Shown here piece by piece: positions 36,395 to 49,410 of a DNA stretch of 64,000 bases; positions within the stretch are counted from its first letter, which is position 1; the number at the start of each line of letters is the position of its first letter. Under the pieces are notes generated by a model. That model saw only the letters and a program-made list of their open reading frames with translations, searched no databases and was not told the DNA's origin. Source of the DNA: Rhizodiscina lignyota (taxonomy: Eukaryota); assembly GCA_010015805.1 (NCBI GenBank), contig ML978129.1:1612001-1676000 (forward strand). Reading direction: 5' to 3'. Both the position numbers and the translations under genes were made by a program.

Positions 36395-36476
36395 TTGACG
36401 CGCATGAGTGATGTGGGGTCAACGCGAGTCAAGTAGCAAGACAGGTGTTGTACAACGTGGCTGGCGTGATTGTGGA
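36395..36476. repeat. Diverged direct repeat, copy 2
   Basis: Shorter homologue of 34418..34533. Confidence 0.85.
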
Positions 36477-36736
36477 GTAATTCTGAATTGATTCTGCAGC
36501 AGTGCGGGATCTAAGTTCCCTTGCTTGAGAGCGAATCACGGCTGTCTTCTTCCCGCTTCCTTCGAGATACGTCGTATTGCTCAGCTGAAGCCTCACACAT
36601 GCTGCATCTCTCCTTGCATCCCGCAGCAATTGTGGAGATTAGAATCGATGGAGCTGCATCCAGACAACAGCTCGCCTCAGTAAAACCGGCTTTGGACCCA
36701 CTTTCGACTAAAGGTCTGGTGGGTGTAGTCGTGGCG

Positions 36737-37636
36737 TTACATCTCGCCACACTGACTGATCACTACATCCTGTGAAGGCTTCTCTCCATTCTTCCGCGTA
36801 TTCTCGATTTTCCTGACGATATCCATGCCATCGACGACCTTCCCGAAGACGACGTGCTTGTTGTTCAAGAACGGCGTAGGGACTGTGGTGATGAAGAATT
36901 GGCTGCCATTGGTGTTCGGGCCGGAGTTCTACAAGTGCTATTAGTCTTCATTCATAATATCAGTTAAGTGCAAGAAAAAGATCGAAGACGCAATGAGAGT
37001 AATTAAGGTCCTCTTACAGCCATACTCAGCAGACCTTCGGTGTCGTGCCTCAATTTGAAATTCTCGTCGGCGAAAGAGCGCGTGCCATATATTGATATCG
37101 AACCGGTGCCATCACCATTGAGGAAGTCACCGCCTTGGATCATGAAATCTTTGATCTGTGTTTCAAGTAAGCGACTAGTGCTTGAAATTGTTTGAGCTAC
37201 AGTCAAGGGCAGAGTTTGATATAAAGGAGCCGTCGACGTTTGAAGGGCATACCACGCGATGGAATTTGCTGCCTTTGTAGCCCTGAGGGCGACCTCGAGG
37301 GTTCTTCGTCTCGCCCGTGCAGAACTGGCGGAAGTTTTCTGCAGTCTTGGGAGTGACATCGGCGAAAAGCTCCATCTTGATGCGGCCAAGCGGCTCTCCT
37401 GTTGGGAGGGTGAGTACGCCATAGTGAAAATTTTGGAGATGTAGAGAGAGTGAATTGGATGTTCAGATGCGAGAGAAACAATTGAATCAGGGATCACGTC
37501 GGATTCACTATGCGAAGAAAGGAAATGAAAGAAGTATATCAAATCTCTCAATTACGCGAAGATCCACTGCGAGGCTAGAGCTGGACTAACCTCCGAGAGT
37601 GATATCGAAGAAGACGATTGGATTAGGCGTCGCCAT
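36737..37636 (-). CDS. PPIH: Peptidyl-prolyl cis-trans isomerase H (cyclophilin H, U4/U6 snRNP-associated)
   Basis: [78 protein letters not shown] and CGEM*. Confidence 0.92.
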
Positions 37637-38896
37637 GATTGTTCGAGATGCGTCAGCAGGATGCGCGCCGTATCTGTGGCTGGGGAGGTATGTTCATGAG
37701 AGAGACCAGATCTGTGCCTGGATGTTTGCAGTGTTGTGTGCGCGGCGCTTGGCTTACTCCATCAGGGGGGGGTGATAGCGGGCAGGTGAATGGCTGGGGT
37801 GAATGCAGGGCAGTCTGACTCTGCATCTACATTCAGGCTATCCTGTCCGTGACGACGCTGAATAGGAGTGTGTCGCAAAACCCCCCCTAAACAATGTGCT
37901 ACAGAAACAACTGGCTCCTGTTTCTCATGATACACAATGGCCGGATGGGAGCTGCAACGAGACAATCGCCTGCGCGCACAGGGGTTGGGAGACGAAGGCG
38001 GCACGGTTACGGCATCGCGCCCGCAAAATGACGCTCCAGCACAGCAAGATTTGGAAGAGGGCGTGGGCACTAGCAGGTATAAGCAAGAAATCGCGCAGAT
38101 CCAAGGCCGGCCGGCGCATTCAGATATGGAAGTGCGGAGAATGCGTGCAGCCTGTCCAGCTCCCCGTGGTGCGTGAAGCTACAATTCAGCAGTTGCTGCT
38201 CTGCTTGAGAGCGCTCTTTCGCCCTCCCTACTGTCTACGTGCCAACAATAGCAGTGCAGTAAGCGTGCCTGGTGTCAGCAGCCATTATATCTGCACTCAC
38301 CTTTCGCGGCGTTCGCTGAGGCGTGAAACTCGGCAGAGCGCGCAGCCGGGCCAGGACTGTGTTTCTCCGTCACTGCAATTCCAACTTCCCACTCCAGGAA
38401 CACTCCTCCAATACATACCACTAGCACCGCCCATCGCTTGGCGCCATCCTCTCCTCCACCGCCAGAGGAAGACTTGCTCTATACCTCTGCTTGTTGCAGT
38501 CGTTCCCTTCGACTGAGGAGCAGGCTCGAGAGTACGAAGGTGCTTCGACCTCTCCACTCTACCTCACCCTGGTCTGGCTCCCGCCTCTCTATCCAGAGAG
38601 CACGCCCGCCATCTCCACCTCGCCACTCGCTCCACACTCTAGCCGTCATCGAACGGCCATCAAAGGTCATCTGCAACGTGCGAGTGGAAAAGATAGAACA
38701 GTTGCACCACCTCAAACACCTCCTGTGGCCCTTCGAATCTCGCCGGCTTGCTTGCTTTTCCGAGCGCTTGCACCCTCATTCCGGGGACAACCGTCGAATT
38801 CGGTCCACGCCAGAGCCTCAACCACGGCTCATCTTCACCCATAACCACCTATAATCAGCTTTCAGAGGCAGGTGAATTGCTGGATGAACTGTCGAA

Positions 38897-40543
38897 ATGT
38901 CGTCGACCATATCTGCCACCATTGCCTCAAGCGTATCGAGTGCTACGAGCAAGGCGACGAGCGCTGCACACTCCGCAATCGCCTCCACCCTTACTTCTAG
39001 CCAAACTCCCTCTACAACAACTTCAAGTGCACCTTCTGCGACCTCATCAAGTAGTGGCGGCGGTGGCGGAGGACCTACAAGTTCTCCGCTACTTTTCTTC
39101 GTCGCGTTGGGCTTCGGTGTGGTTTTCACTAACCTTTGGTGAGTATTTCCCCGATCTCACACGTATGTCATGTCAGCCTTATCCGGACGCAACGGGTAAG
39201 GCTCTGCATGTCACGATCAAGACGCTTACACACGCCACCACAGGATCATCGTCGGTGTGAAGTACTGCTTCCGATATAACCAGCGTAACCGCGCTCTCCG
39301 TCAAGCTGCAGATGGCGAGCCCATCGACCTTACCAACATGCCTCGCCCACATCGGAGACGAAGGGAAAAGAAGCTAATGACGATGGAGGAGGTGAACGAG
39401 AGGTTTCCACTTATTAAATACAAGACATGGCGTGCGAACCGCGAAGAGGAAGGTCTGCCAGCCGCAGGCGGGATCACTGCTCCACCAAGTCGTGCCGTCA
39501 GTATCAAAGATGGAATTACAATGGAGACTCGCGAATCAGTGGATGCACGCAAATCTACCGACACCGGACGTCCTGGCACAGCAGCTTCGCATGCCCATAA
39601 CCGCCTCTCCGTAATGTCCACCGATTCCAACCGTCCTTCAACTGCCCCAGCCCCATCGAGCGCACCGGCCAGTGCTCCGGCAACTACCGAAAATGACATA
39701 GAGACCGCAAAGGAACCTGTAGTGACCACAGAGACAGCCAAGTCAGAGTCGGAGAAGGAGAAAACCGTCATAATCACCACTTCCGATGAAACCGGCAGTT
39801 CCGCTCCGGCGACTCCATCGCACCCTCCTGATGCGGCTCGGCAAGCGTCCGTCACCTCCGCCGACGACGAAGATGATGATGATGACCCCATCCGTGCTGC
39901 TGCTCCCGGACATATGCTAGCCCAACCGCCTGGTGATACATGCGCCATCTGTCTCGATAGTCTTGACGATGACGATGACGTCCGTGGCCTCACCTGTGGT
40001 CACGCGTTCCATGCTGCATGCGTCGACCCATGGCTCACTAGCCGTCGTGCGTGCTGTCCGCTCTGCAAGGCAGACTATTACGTCCCCAAGCCCCGTCCAG
40101 AAGGCGAACAAGAGGCCAACGCCTCAAATGCTCGTCGGACTGGCACGATGGGTAGCAGCGGGTATGGATGGTTGGGCAGACGATACCTCCCCTCTCGGCC
40201 GCGAATGGTTCTTCTTGCCGGCCCAAGAGGCATGGTCAATTTTACTGGCGGGTCCAACAACCAAGAACGGAGGAGTCAAAGCGCAAGTCGCCAGAACTCG
40301 AGAACGAACACAAACTTCACGATATTCGTGCCCACTCGCACAAACAGCACTGATCAAGGACGGCAGAGCCATCCAAGTTGGCGGACGAGGCTGCACGGCT
40401 TCAGGAATCATCAACGGAGAACGAACGCGGGGCTGAGCATGCCCAGTTTACCCAACCCATTTAGGAGAGGTTATGGTGGCGCCATTGCTGGAGAAGACGC
40501 TGCCGCCGCCACTCCTGGCCAGCTAGAGGCTGGTACCAGATGA
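38897..40543 (+). CDS. Membrane-anchored RING-H2 E3 ubiquitin ligase
   Basis: Ser/Thr-rich N-terminus, TM segment SPLLFFVALGFGVVFTNLWIIVGVKY (across an intron) and CAICLDSL..CGHAFHAACVDPWL..CPLCK. Confidence 0.92.
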
Positions 40544-42093
40544 GGCTTTCCGTGAGCTAGCTTACGTAGACGATTCTCGTTCGCCTCCTAACGCCTACGA
40601 CACCCTCCCACGATTGACGAACACACGACTTTGCCTCTTATCTCGACCACTCAAAGCGTCCTATATGTACAGGCGCGTAAGGCGTCGAAAATACTCCATG
40701 CCAGCCCTGGGATAGCCTTTTCTTGGGTGACCGATCTGTACAAATGCACTTTCCATTAGCCTCGTGATTTTCTTCGCCTTCTTGTTTCTGATACTCTCCT
40801 TTCTACCCGATTTTTTTTTTCAGGAGTTGCCGTGCTGGAAGGCATGGCTCTGGAATTTGGATCTGGCTCTAGCGGCGAGCAATGCATAGCAATTTCTGCT
40901 AGCTCGGATCTTCCGTCGAGGAGGATCAGGGTTGAATGTATTAGGGAAGGCAGATACCCTCTTGTTGATGTTGAACATGCATCTTTAATGCATATTTGCT
41001 CCGTGGCTTCCACGAGTTTGGAGTCTTCACACTTTTCAGTTGCGCAGCGTTGCAAGAAGAGCGGGTATGATTTGATCATGGTAGTACGACTGGAATTTCC
41101 GGGAGACCGGGGGAATATGAAACGAAAGCTATTTGATTTTCTCTGCACCTTCAGTCCGAATTCAGTAAATGGGATGCCATATGGTGATGTACGAGTCATC
41201 GAGATCGTGAGGTCTATTGATGCAACTTGACGCAAAGTCATTGCCGATGTCAGCAGCCACTTACGGACCCAGCTCCGGACATTAGCGCCTCTTTCATGTT
41301 GTCTTCTGCAGAGATGGTTCGAGGAGACTCTCCCTCACCTTCCCAGATGGATATGAATTGTCTCGATTTCAAATATTACAAGATCACAAAATCACCAAAA
41401 GCAGCGGTCTCAGGTGTGTAGTCAGGACTGAGAAGAGGGGCCTTGCCTGCTAATAAGCAAGAGAGTCTTCCATAAGTCTCGACTCCCACGACACGGACCC
41501 AGCTCCAGCGCCCCGGGCGACCGTTGCAAGTGATATGCGGCCAGGAAGATATGCACGGCTCTTGGGCGGTCCGAATATACGCATCTACAAAACATATTTC
41601 ATATATGGAATCACGCAGACAGTGCCACGTCCTGTTGCGATCCGAGTACACCTAAGGGAACCCGGGGGTGAGGAAATCATTCTCGATTTAGTTTAGTGGT
41701 TTTCTCGGCCGAGAGAAAGTGACTAGCCGGCTATCAGTAATCGGAATAAGGTCCTTATTCTACAGAAGCGCCCCAATCAAACGCCAGCTGAGACGCTGCT
41801 CTCCTCATGTCTGTGCAAACCACGTCCAAATAACCTTCGTACTACTGGCTTACAAGTAATGGTACGTAAGCCTTCTTGATCCTTCAACTTTTTTTGCTCT
41901 GGGGCCCGAGGTTAGGTAGGGTAGATCGGCCTTCAACCTTCCAGGCAGTTCCAGCGACATTGATGCGAATCGTTCAAAGAAAGGGCAAGTCTTCCGTAGG
42001 CGAAGTTCCGCCGTAGGATTGCTGCCCGTCTCACCCTCGTTTGGAGGATTGTGAAACTTTGCGGTCGTTTTTGGCAATCTCCCCCTGCTCTTT

Positions 42094-43396
42094 TCAGCCA
42101 TCAGTGTCCATCGCACTCCCCTGCTCCTGCGCCACATCGCCCGTCTTCTCCTTTGGCGGGCCAACTAGATTGTCCAGATGCACGACCATCTTCTTGGCCT
42201 TCTGCTTCAATATGCGCACGCTTTCCAGAAATACCTCGTCAGAAGTGAACTGACCCGTGCTCTCAACCTTGAAGATGAAGTGATCCATCGCCCTGCCCAA
42301 CCGGACCTTGCCTTTGAACTCAGGATGACGAAGGCACTCTCGGCTCACTGTGTCCTTGAATGGATCGCTGACCACCGCCTTCATCTCGCCCTCGTGGCCC
42401 TCGTAGCCGCTCCCCTCTCTGCTCGCCTCCTCTTCTGTCACTCGTGACTTCGTGATGACACCGCGGTTGAAGCAGCGAGCGAACTTGTCAGCGTCGGCGC
42501 CGAGAATGGGCCGAGTGATTTCGATGACAGGGAGCATGCGGTACGTTGCGGTCGCGACTGGAGAGAATTTTGCGTGGTCTTCTCCAATGCCTTTAACCGC
42601 GAAGGCGAGGATGTCGATCTTCTGTCCCGGGCGCATCTTCGCGATCAGAATCTCCGGATTGACGGGCTTGATGAAACAGGCCGGGAAACGGTCAGTCTGC
42701 TCCTTGCTTGGCACGAATTCGAGCTGGTGCGCGTAGATGCTGGAGTTGTTGTACAGCTGCTTCGGATCTGTCTCGCCTTGGCGCGCTCGCTCCTTGCCTT
42801 TCTCCTGCCACATGCACTCGACCTTCAGCTCCAGGGCGATGGAGTTACCCCAGTACGGCGCACTGCCGCCTTCTTGACCCGGTTCGACGTACTTGAACGG
42901 TTTGAGGTCTTCCAAGAAAGCGGGGTCGCCCGCGAGCGGGACGAGGCCGAGTCGCTGCGCGAGGATCTCGTCATGGATGATGGACGTGTTATTCTTGATG
43001 TAGACCTGTTCAAGTGCGAGCGTCGGCACCTCTGCGATCATGATACGACGGAAGGCATTGGCGATGGAGGCGTCGATGCCGATGAGGGAGAAGGACGTGT
43101 CGAACGGCTTGTGTTCGTGGAACGTGATTTCGAGGCCCTGCTTCGTGTTACTTCTAAGAGTTTGAGTTTTCTTCAAGCGAGCGGTACTTCTTGGAATTTC
43201 CTCAGGAACCATGATGGATCTTCCACCTGGTCACTGGTGGTGTAATGGTGGGGGAAGTCTTTGGAGGATACATTTGTTACGGTTTCCTCGTTGACACCAA
43301 TGATCTGCAAACTGGCGTTAGAGTAGTAGTATGCGTGCTGCGAAGAGCCAATCGTACTTTACGCCGCGCGAATGCTTCATCTGTTCTTGCGCTCAT
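42094..43396 (-). CDS. RPC40: RNA polymerase I/III shared subunit AC40
   Basis: DASIANAFRRIMIAEVPTLA, NNTSIIHDEILAQRLGLVP, AKMRPGQ, DHAKFSPVATATYR and DHFIFKVESTG. Two 5' introns. Confidence 0.93.
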
Positions 43397-43892
43397 CTTG
43401 ACTGCAGGTGAAGGTGTTGTTGTTCGTGTGACCGTGAATTTCAAAGTCCCCGCGCTCGCGAACTTTTTTTTGGAGTCGCGTCGTGATGTGGCGCACGTCA
43501 TGCCGATGAAAAGCCGTGCTTCCGACGCCGACGGAACGGCTCGCCCACCATGTGGCGTTTCGCAAGGCTGCCCCTTTTGCTCCCTGTTCGTCGTCTGCTC
43601 ACCGCCCGAGATGACAATGCATTTCAAATATCTTACAATTTTGGAGCTCGAATATTTGCAATCGAATCGGTATATACAACTGGCGCAGGAAGCTAACGCT
43701 GAATCGCAAAAGGTTCCGCGTGCGAGCTGGCGAGCTTGCTGCCCTAAGGTTGTGCAATTACGCACGTGCGGCCGCTTCGTAAAGTCCCAACCCAAAGCAA
43801 CACTGCAGAAGCCAAGGTTATAGCGGAAGAGGGACAGTCTCAGGCCGGAAAGTATGAACAAGTGAATAGCAAGTACCTCAAGTGTACGAGTG

Positions 43893-45891
43893 TCACCGTT
43901 CAGCCTTCCGCCGTGTCCTTTGCCAGACGTCCATGGCCCTCTTGTCGAACCTCTCCTTTACCCAGAGTAAGCTCTGCAGTGCCTCTACCAGTTGATCTGC
44001 ACTCTCAATGCCCCATTCTCCGCATGCCTTGACAAACTTCCGTTCAATTTCGTCTTGCTGCCTGCTCCCCTCTGCACAGATCCCCCCGACCGTGCACACC
44101 CACAATCTCAAATCGGGGTCCCACTCCACCTTTGCCTTGTCCGTAGCTCTAAGAGCACATCGCAGCCAGTTTGTTGCCGCGAAGTGCAGTGCATCCAGTG
44201 GTCTCGTAGGGTCGTTGGTTGCACGGACAGTAAACATTACTAATGCGACTGCGACTGCTTCCGCCATTGGTTCGAATTCCCTCTGGCTGTTCAGGAATCT
44301 GACTAGGTTCTGCACGATTAAGGAGGAGAAGTTGCCCAGATGCATGAAGTCGGGCGCTTTAGGTTCAATCCGCAGCCAGGCGGCGACTTGGTGAGAAAAG
44401 TCAATTACGTGCTCGGTGGCGGAGATGATTGTTTGTGGCAGCTTGGAAGAACGAAGAAGGTTGAGGATTCGGTTTTGCCCAAGGTAACATCGGTCAGATT
44501 GGTAGAAGTCACGGATGATGCGGTCGTACTCTGAGTTGTCCAGTGCAAAGTCGGAGGCTTGGAACGACGCAACGGTATGTGCTGTGCTGTGCCTGTGGAT
44601 TCCAGTCAGTTCTAATCGACACATGATTCGAAGTATTTATCGTATACGTACCAAAGGAGGAAAGAGTATAAACAAGGATTGGTTCGTAGAGAAGTGAGAC
44701 CACCCCGAAGTTGCACCATTCGCTTCAGCCCCTCGAGGTGCACTAGTCTCTGAGATCCCTCGCTCTCAGGAGGTGACGGGTTTTTCTCGACGTTGGGGAG
44801 TGGGAAGGTTTCGTCGACACAGAGAAGATTGAAGACGGCACCAATGTTGCCATCCGTGACTCCAAGGACAGGATCAGCAAGAGTTGAGTTCAACTCGGTC
44901 ATTGCATGTGACTTGTACTGAAGGATTGCCCAGTAAGAAGTTTGGCCGAGAGCGTATAGGTGAGTCGCGGCGGCACATAGAACGCTGTACATGAACGCAC
45001 GGCTGGCGAAGGCCGCCGCGAACCATGCCTGACTGATTGCCGTGTTTGACCGTCCATCTATTCCAACGGATTGTGACAAGCTGAGAAGATCTACGGGAAG
45101 ATCGGTTAGTCATCATATGCTGAGATAGTCCCAAGGTTTATTTTGGGATGATCGTCGGAAAGTGTGAGGCATTTTTCCGCGGCAAAATGACCAAGAAATT
45201 GGAAGTTGGATGCAAACGAACGTTTGACGATACGACTCGTATACGAAATGTAAACGCGAGAGTTACAGACGCAATGTATATTGAAAATCGTGGCAGTGTA
45301 GACAGAATGACAGATAAGCTTACATTGGTCAAGCATCCATCGAGATGCAGGGTCCAGTCGTACAGGAAGCGCGCAGTAGGGATCCAAAGCCCAGTCCGAG
45401 TTGACGAAAGGAATGATATCAGAGCCTCTGCGTATTTTGCATCCGATACAGGGGTCTGCAGAATTATGCGGTCCTTTGCATTGTGGGTCGAAACAGCCAG
45501 AAGACCGGCTGCCCTGTGATTGCAACTGGCTTCGATAGATCATTCCTTCCGTTGCCCGTCTCTTTGTTGCGGGACGTTTGTGACCGTCCGTCAACGCAAT
45601 GATCGAAGCTTCCCCTCCAGCTTCGAAATGGTCAGCTTCCTCGGATGAGCATCGTGATGAGTCGTTGGTCCAATTTACGACGCCTTTGCTGGTCGACCAT
45701 TTCCTCTGACTCCGGGCATGCTGCATCACATGGGACCGCATAGGTTGCCGGCTCTGCTTCGGTATTTGGCCCTTCTTCGAGTTAACGAAGAGGAAGTTTG
45801 TGTCGCCCGAGGTGCTCCTCCGGGCAGCGGGGCGCGCCGGCTCTGGACATGGCGGAAAGGCAATCGTCTGGTCGATAAACTTCATGGACAT
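43893..45891 (-). CDS. Fungal-specific putative transcription factor (FLFVN/RSHVM N-terminus, DUF3468-like helical domain)
   Basis: FLFVN..RSHVMQH, LDPY..LPV and HLEGLKRMVQLRGG motifs across several exons. Start uncertain (45891 or 46026). Confidence 0.7.
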
Positions 45892-46935
45892 AGTTTGGGC
45901 CTCTGACGACGATGTCGAAGAGAGGGCGCGGTGATGGTTAATAAGATCATAGTAATAGTGGAGCTTTGGCGCGGAGCATCGTATATCAAGATTCGGGGCA
46001 TTCGCTCGTCGACCAACGGAAGCCATTGCCTCTTGCAGCGACTAATACACCCTTTGTAAGCGAGCTCAGGCTAATTCATGCGCCTCTCACTGCAAGTCAA
46101 CTAGTTGTGCCCGCGCTGTGCCCGCGAGCCGTGTGACGCGCCAATCCTCCCCTGGGCTGCTCTCTCACTACGGCAAATGCAACGCCGATGGGAAACTCCA
46201 GCGAGTGGCCGCTCAGTCGCCAGGCTATGGCGCGAGCATCGGTGAGCATCATGGGTGCTACTCGCCCCCAGGGGAGCCAATACTGTGCCCAGTTTCCGAT
46301 CCCTATCATAATATCTTTGTCATCTGCCGTGCGAGAGACGTGGCGTGATGACACTTAGAGAGAAGTAGACTAGTGGTGCCTAGGGACTCCCTGCAGTCGG
46401 GCCCAACGTCGCATTGATCTAACCTTAACGCCCTGCGCATCGAATTCATTGTGAATCTCTCTCGGTATGCCGAATTTGCGCGTTCCGGCACGCTAGCTGT
46501 CGTAGTCAGCCGGCGAGCAGAATACGTACCTGAAAAAACTTAGCATTCTGGCCTCAGACACTGCTGTCTAGCCGACATGGGACGCAGGTGCCCTTGCACG
46601 CACGTGTAGTGCTTCAGTGCTTAGGAGAGTTTTATAAGGCTTAGACGCCGCGCCCTGACTCTGACGTCCCCTTAAAGTTAAGCTTCGGTTCGGCAACTTG
46701 TATCCGAGCCCGCAAGGCCCCGAGGTTTAGCCGCCACGTCCGCGCGAGACAGCTGCATCCGGATCGGAGTGAACCGTCAGCCACACTTGGTGATCTCCAC
46801 GTTCTGCCACGTTCCCAGTCGACGATTCTATTTCTGACCTCAAGGCTGATGAGCGTGCATGCTCGACGACCCGTTCATACCTTCAGAGATCATGAATGCG
46901 ACCCTAATTCGCGTGGATAGTAATCCCTCGAGACC

Positions 46936-48431
46936 ATGACTGCCGCAGCTGCCGACAATGCTGGGAACGGGGACATCTTCTTTGTCGAAGGAGAGCTTGT
47001 AGACATCTCTGGCGCGCATTGGCAAGGCCTACCAACAGAGCTTCTCCAGACACTACTCGCTCAGCGTCAGGCCGGCGATGAGCGACCGGCCTGCGGCTCT
47101 GGGAAGCATCGTGGGGCTTACAATACGCCTATACATGTATTCGCGTTATTTCTAATCCTCTTCCTTAGCACTGCAGGTAGGTCTCGTTCCGCAGGCGCAT
47201 GTGGATCGCATCAGAATAGCTGACATGGCTCCTAGCATGCGCATTCCCAATCATTGTCAAACGCTTTCCTAACCTCTCCATCCCTCACTCGGTCCTCTTC
47301 ATATCACGACATTTCGGGACAGGCGTCCTCATCGCAACCGCATTTGTCCATCTCCTTCCAACGGCCTTCGTCTCGCTCAACGATCCATGCCTACCATACT
47401 TCTGGAACACTGGCTACCCGGCCATGCCGGGGGCGATAGCCATGATTGCAGTTATTGTGGTGGTGGGTGTAGAGATGTTCTTCGCATCCCGAGGCGCTGG
47501 CCACTCTCACAATGTCGATTTCGAGGCGCTTGCGGATCCTACACGTCCAATTGATGCATCTCACAGGCAAGGACAAGGCGTGAATAGCATGAATCGCTTT
47601 AAGCGTACGAGCTTTGATAGACCACCACATCTGCATCTACCAGAGGAGCCAGAGGGTGAGAGCGAGACCGACAATCTTGTCGCGAACCGCTCTCCATCCA
47701 CTGCCCAACCATCACCATTGCCACAAGGACCCCACTCGAAACGTGATGAGGTTGAACCGGCAGATTCTGAATCAGACATGGAGCTAGAACTTGACGAACT
47801 GGACCCCATGCCCGTAGAATCAGCATCCCATTCACGCAAAGCTTCTTATCAACCGCTTCGGAACGGGAAGTCGCGCAAATCCCATCCAAACTCTCGGAAC
47901 GACCCTCAACTCGACTCAACTCTCAAGTCGCATGCAGAGCAGCAGAAGCTCATCCTCCAATGCCTGCTCCTGGAGGCCGGCATTCTCTTCCACTCCGTTT
48001 TTATCGGTATGGCTCTGTCCGTTTCCACGGGACCAACATTCATTATATTCCTCGTGGCCATATCGTTCCATCAGACCTTCGAGGGACTCGCTTTGGGGGC
48101 GCGCATCAGCGCGCTCGCATTTCCTCCATCCTCTCCGCGTCCATGGCTGATGGCTTTAGCATTCGGCACGACGACGCCATTTGGACAGGCACTTGGTCTG
48201 GGAGTGCGACATCTCTACGATCCACAGGGTCAGACGGGCCTGATCGTCGTTGGTGTGACGAACGCGATTAGTAGTGGACTGCTACTCTTTGCGGGGCTGG
48301 TCGGCCTATTAGCAGAGGACTTTTTAAGCGACGAGAGCTATGTGAGCTTGACTGGAGCGCGGAGACTGAAGGCATGTATAGCGGTCGTTGCCGGCGCAGC
48401 GTTGATGGCCCTCGTGGGTGCTTGGGCCTGA
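46936..48431 (+). CDS. ZIP-family zinc/iron transporter
   Basis: YNTPIHVFALF, HFGTGVLIATAFVHLLP, GHSH loop, LEAGILFHSVFIG and FHQTFEGLALG. Intron at about 47177..47234. Confidence 0.92.
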
Positions 48432-48937
48432 TCGCTTTCTGAACTGCCGGAAACTCTCTGAGATCCAAGTTCTGGACGTCCAGGCGAAACTAGAGTATTA
48501 TTTTATTATTTGACTTCGCATAGCGCTGTACGAATTTCGTTCAGCGATGTTTCGAGTAGGCATGGTTTGGCGTTACATACTAAAGAGCGAACTCACGTCG
48601 TTATTTACGGCATCTAACGGATATAACGGGCCAAATCATTTATTTCTCATTTACATGAGCCATATACGGAGTACTATGACTAGAAATGGAAATGAATCTC
48701 AGGTGCTGAGTAGATTAGTCATTGTCATGATCCACACGAAGCTCTACCAGTTATCCCGACTTCCTCAGCGGTGGATTTTGCCCCACCCAGGCACAATGGA
48801 ACGCCCAAAAAATCTTCACGATCTTATTAGAACACTTGAAATATATTTCTTTGGCCTGATATAATTTTCAGCGTTATGACAAAAAGCGCTAAATTTTTAG
48901 CTATATATTTGTTATACAGATTTCAGCGATGCTGCTA

Positions 48938-49036
48938 GCCTGCATGGCCGAGTGGTTTAAGGCGACAGATTTAAGTCTTCTTTTAGAAGGTACTCTGTTG
49001 GAGCAATCCGCGTGCGTTCGAACCGCACTGCAGGCA
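48938..49036 (+). tRNA. tRNA-Leu(UAA) with 17-nt intron
   Basis: Acceptor stem GCCTGCA/TGCAGGC-A, D-arm TGGCCGAGTGGTTTAAGGC, anticodon stem ACAGA/TCTGT with TAA at 48972-48974, intron 48976..48992, long variable arm GGAGCAATCC and T-loop GTTCGAACC. Confidence 0.93.
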
Positions 49037-49048
49037 ATATTCGGTTTC

Positions 49049-49065
49049 TTTTTGGCACTTTTTTT
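49049..49065 (+). terminator. Pol III terminator T-runs
   Basis: T5 and T7 tracts just downstream of the tRNA. Confidence 0.7.
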
Positions 49066-49410
49066 GGCCGACCCTACGGGACGGTACGGAAGTCCCAGAA
49101 GGGAAAGCACGACGTAGCGTAGCCAGATGTGGGTGCGGTAACGACTTGGCAAGGATCCACTTCATCGTTCGTCTTCAGGGGACGCAGGCAGATGAGTCCC
49201 GATATGAACAATATCCGAAGACATATAGGTTCCATGGAAGTAAAGCGTAATCTCAAGTTTCAATTTCTCTCCTTTCTTAAATATCAGATATATCGACTGG
49301 ATGTCATTCTCTAGGTGCCTTGGTAATTCTGGCCCCTGAGCTAGGCGAACACAACGGAGACACTCGTTTTCAATTCAATTGAACTGGACTTTACATCTTC
49401 CCGTAAAAAA

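Noticed and set aside
37762..38854. Cluster of 60-200 aa ORFs between cyclophilin H and the RING gene
   Set aside because: GC-rich promoter/5'UTR with mutually overlapping ORFs and no coding signature.
40756..41241. Overlapping 161-aa and 132-aa ORFs downstream of the RING gene
   Set aside because: No recognisable motifs; includes a T-run and looks like 3'UTR or intergenic sequence.
41703..41714. Perfect palindrome TCTCGGCCGAGA
   Set aside because: A single 12-bp palindrome is expected by chance in 64 kb; no supporting context.
42574..43245. 223-aa antisense ORF on RPC40 (similar ones on ATP4, NSA2, RING and AATase)
   Set aside because: Explained by high GC3 codon bias of the real gene on the opposite strand.
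46836..46850. ACCTCAAGGC upstream of the ZIP transporter as a zinc-responsive element
   Set aside because: Does not fit ACCYYNAAGGT (Zap1) or the CARGGT core (ZafA); single weak copy.
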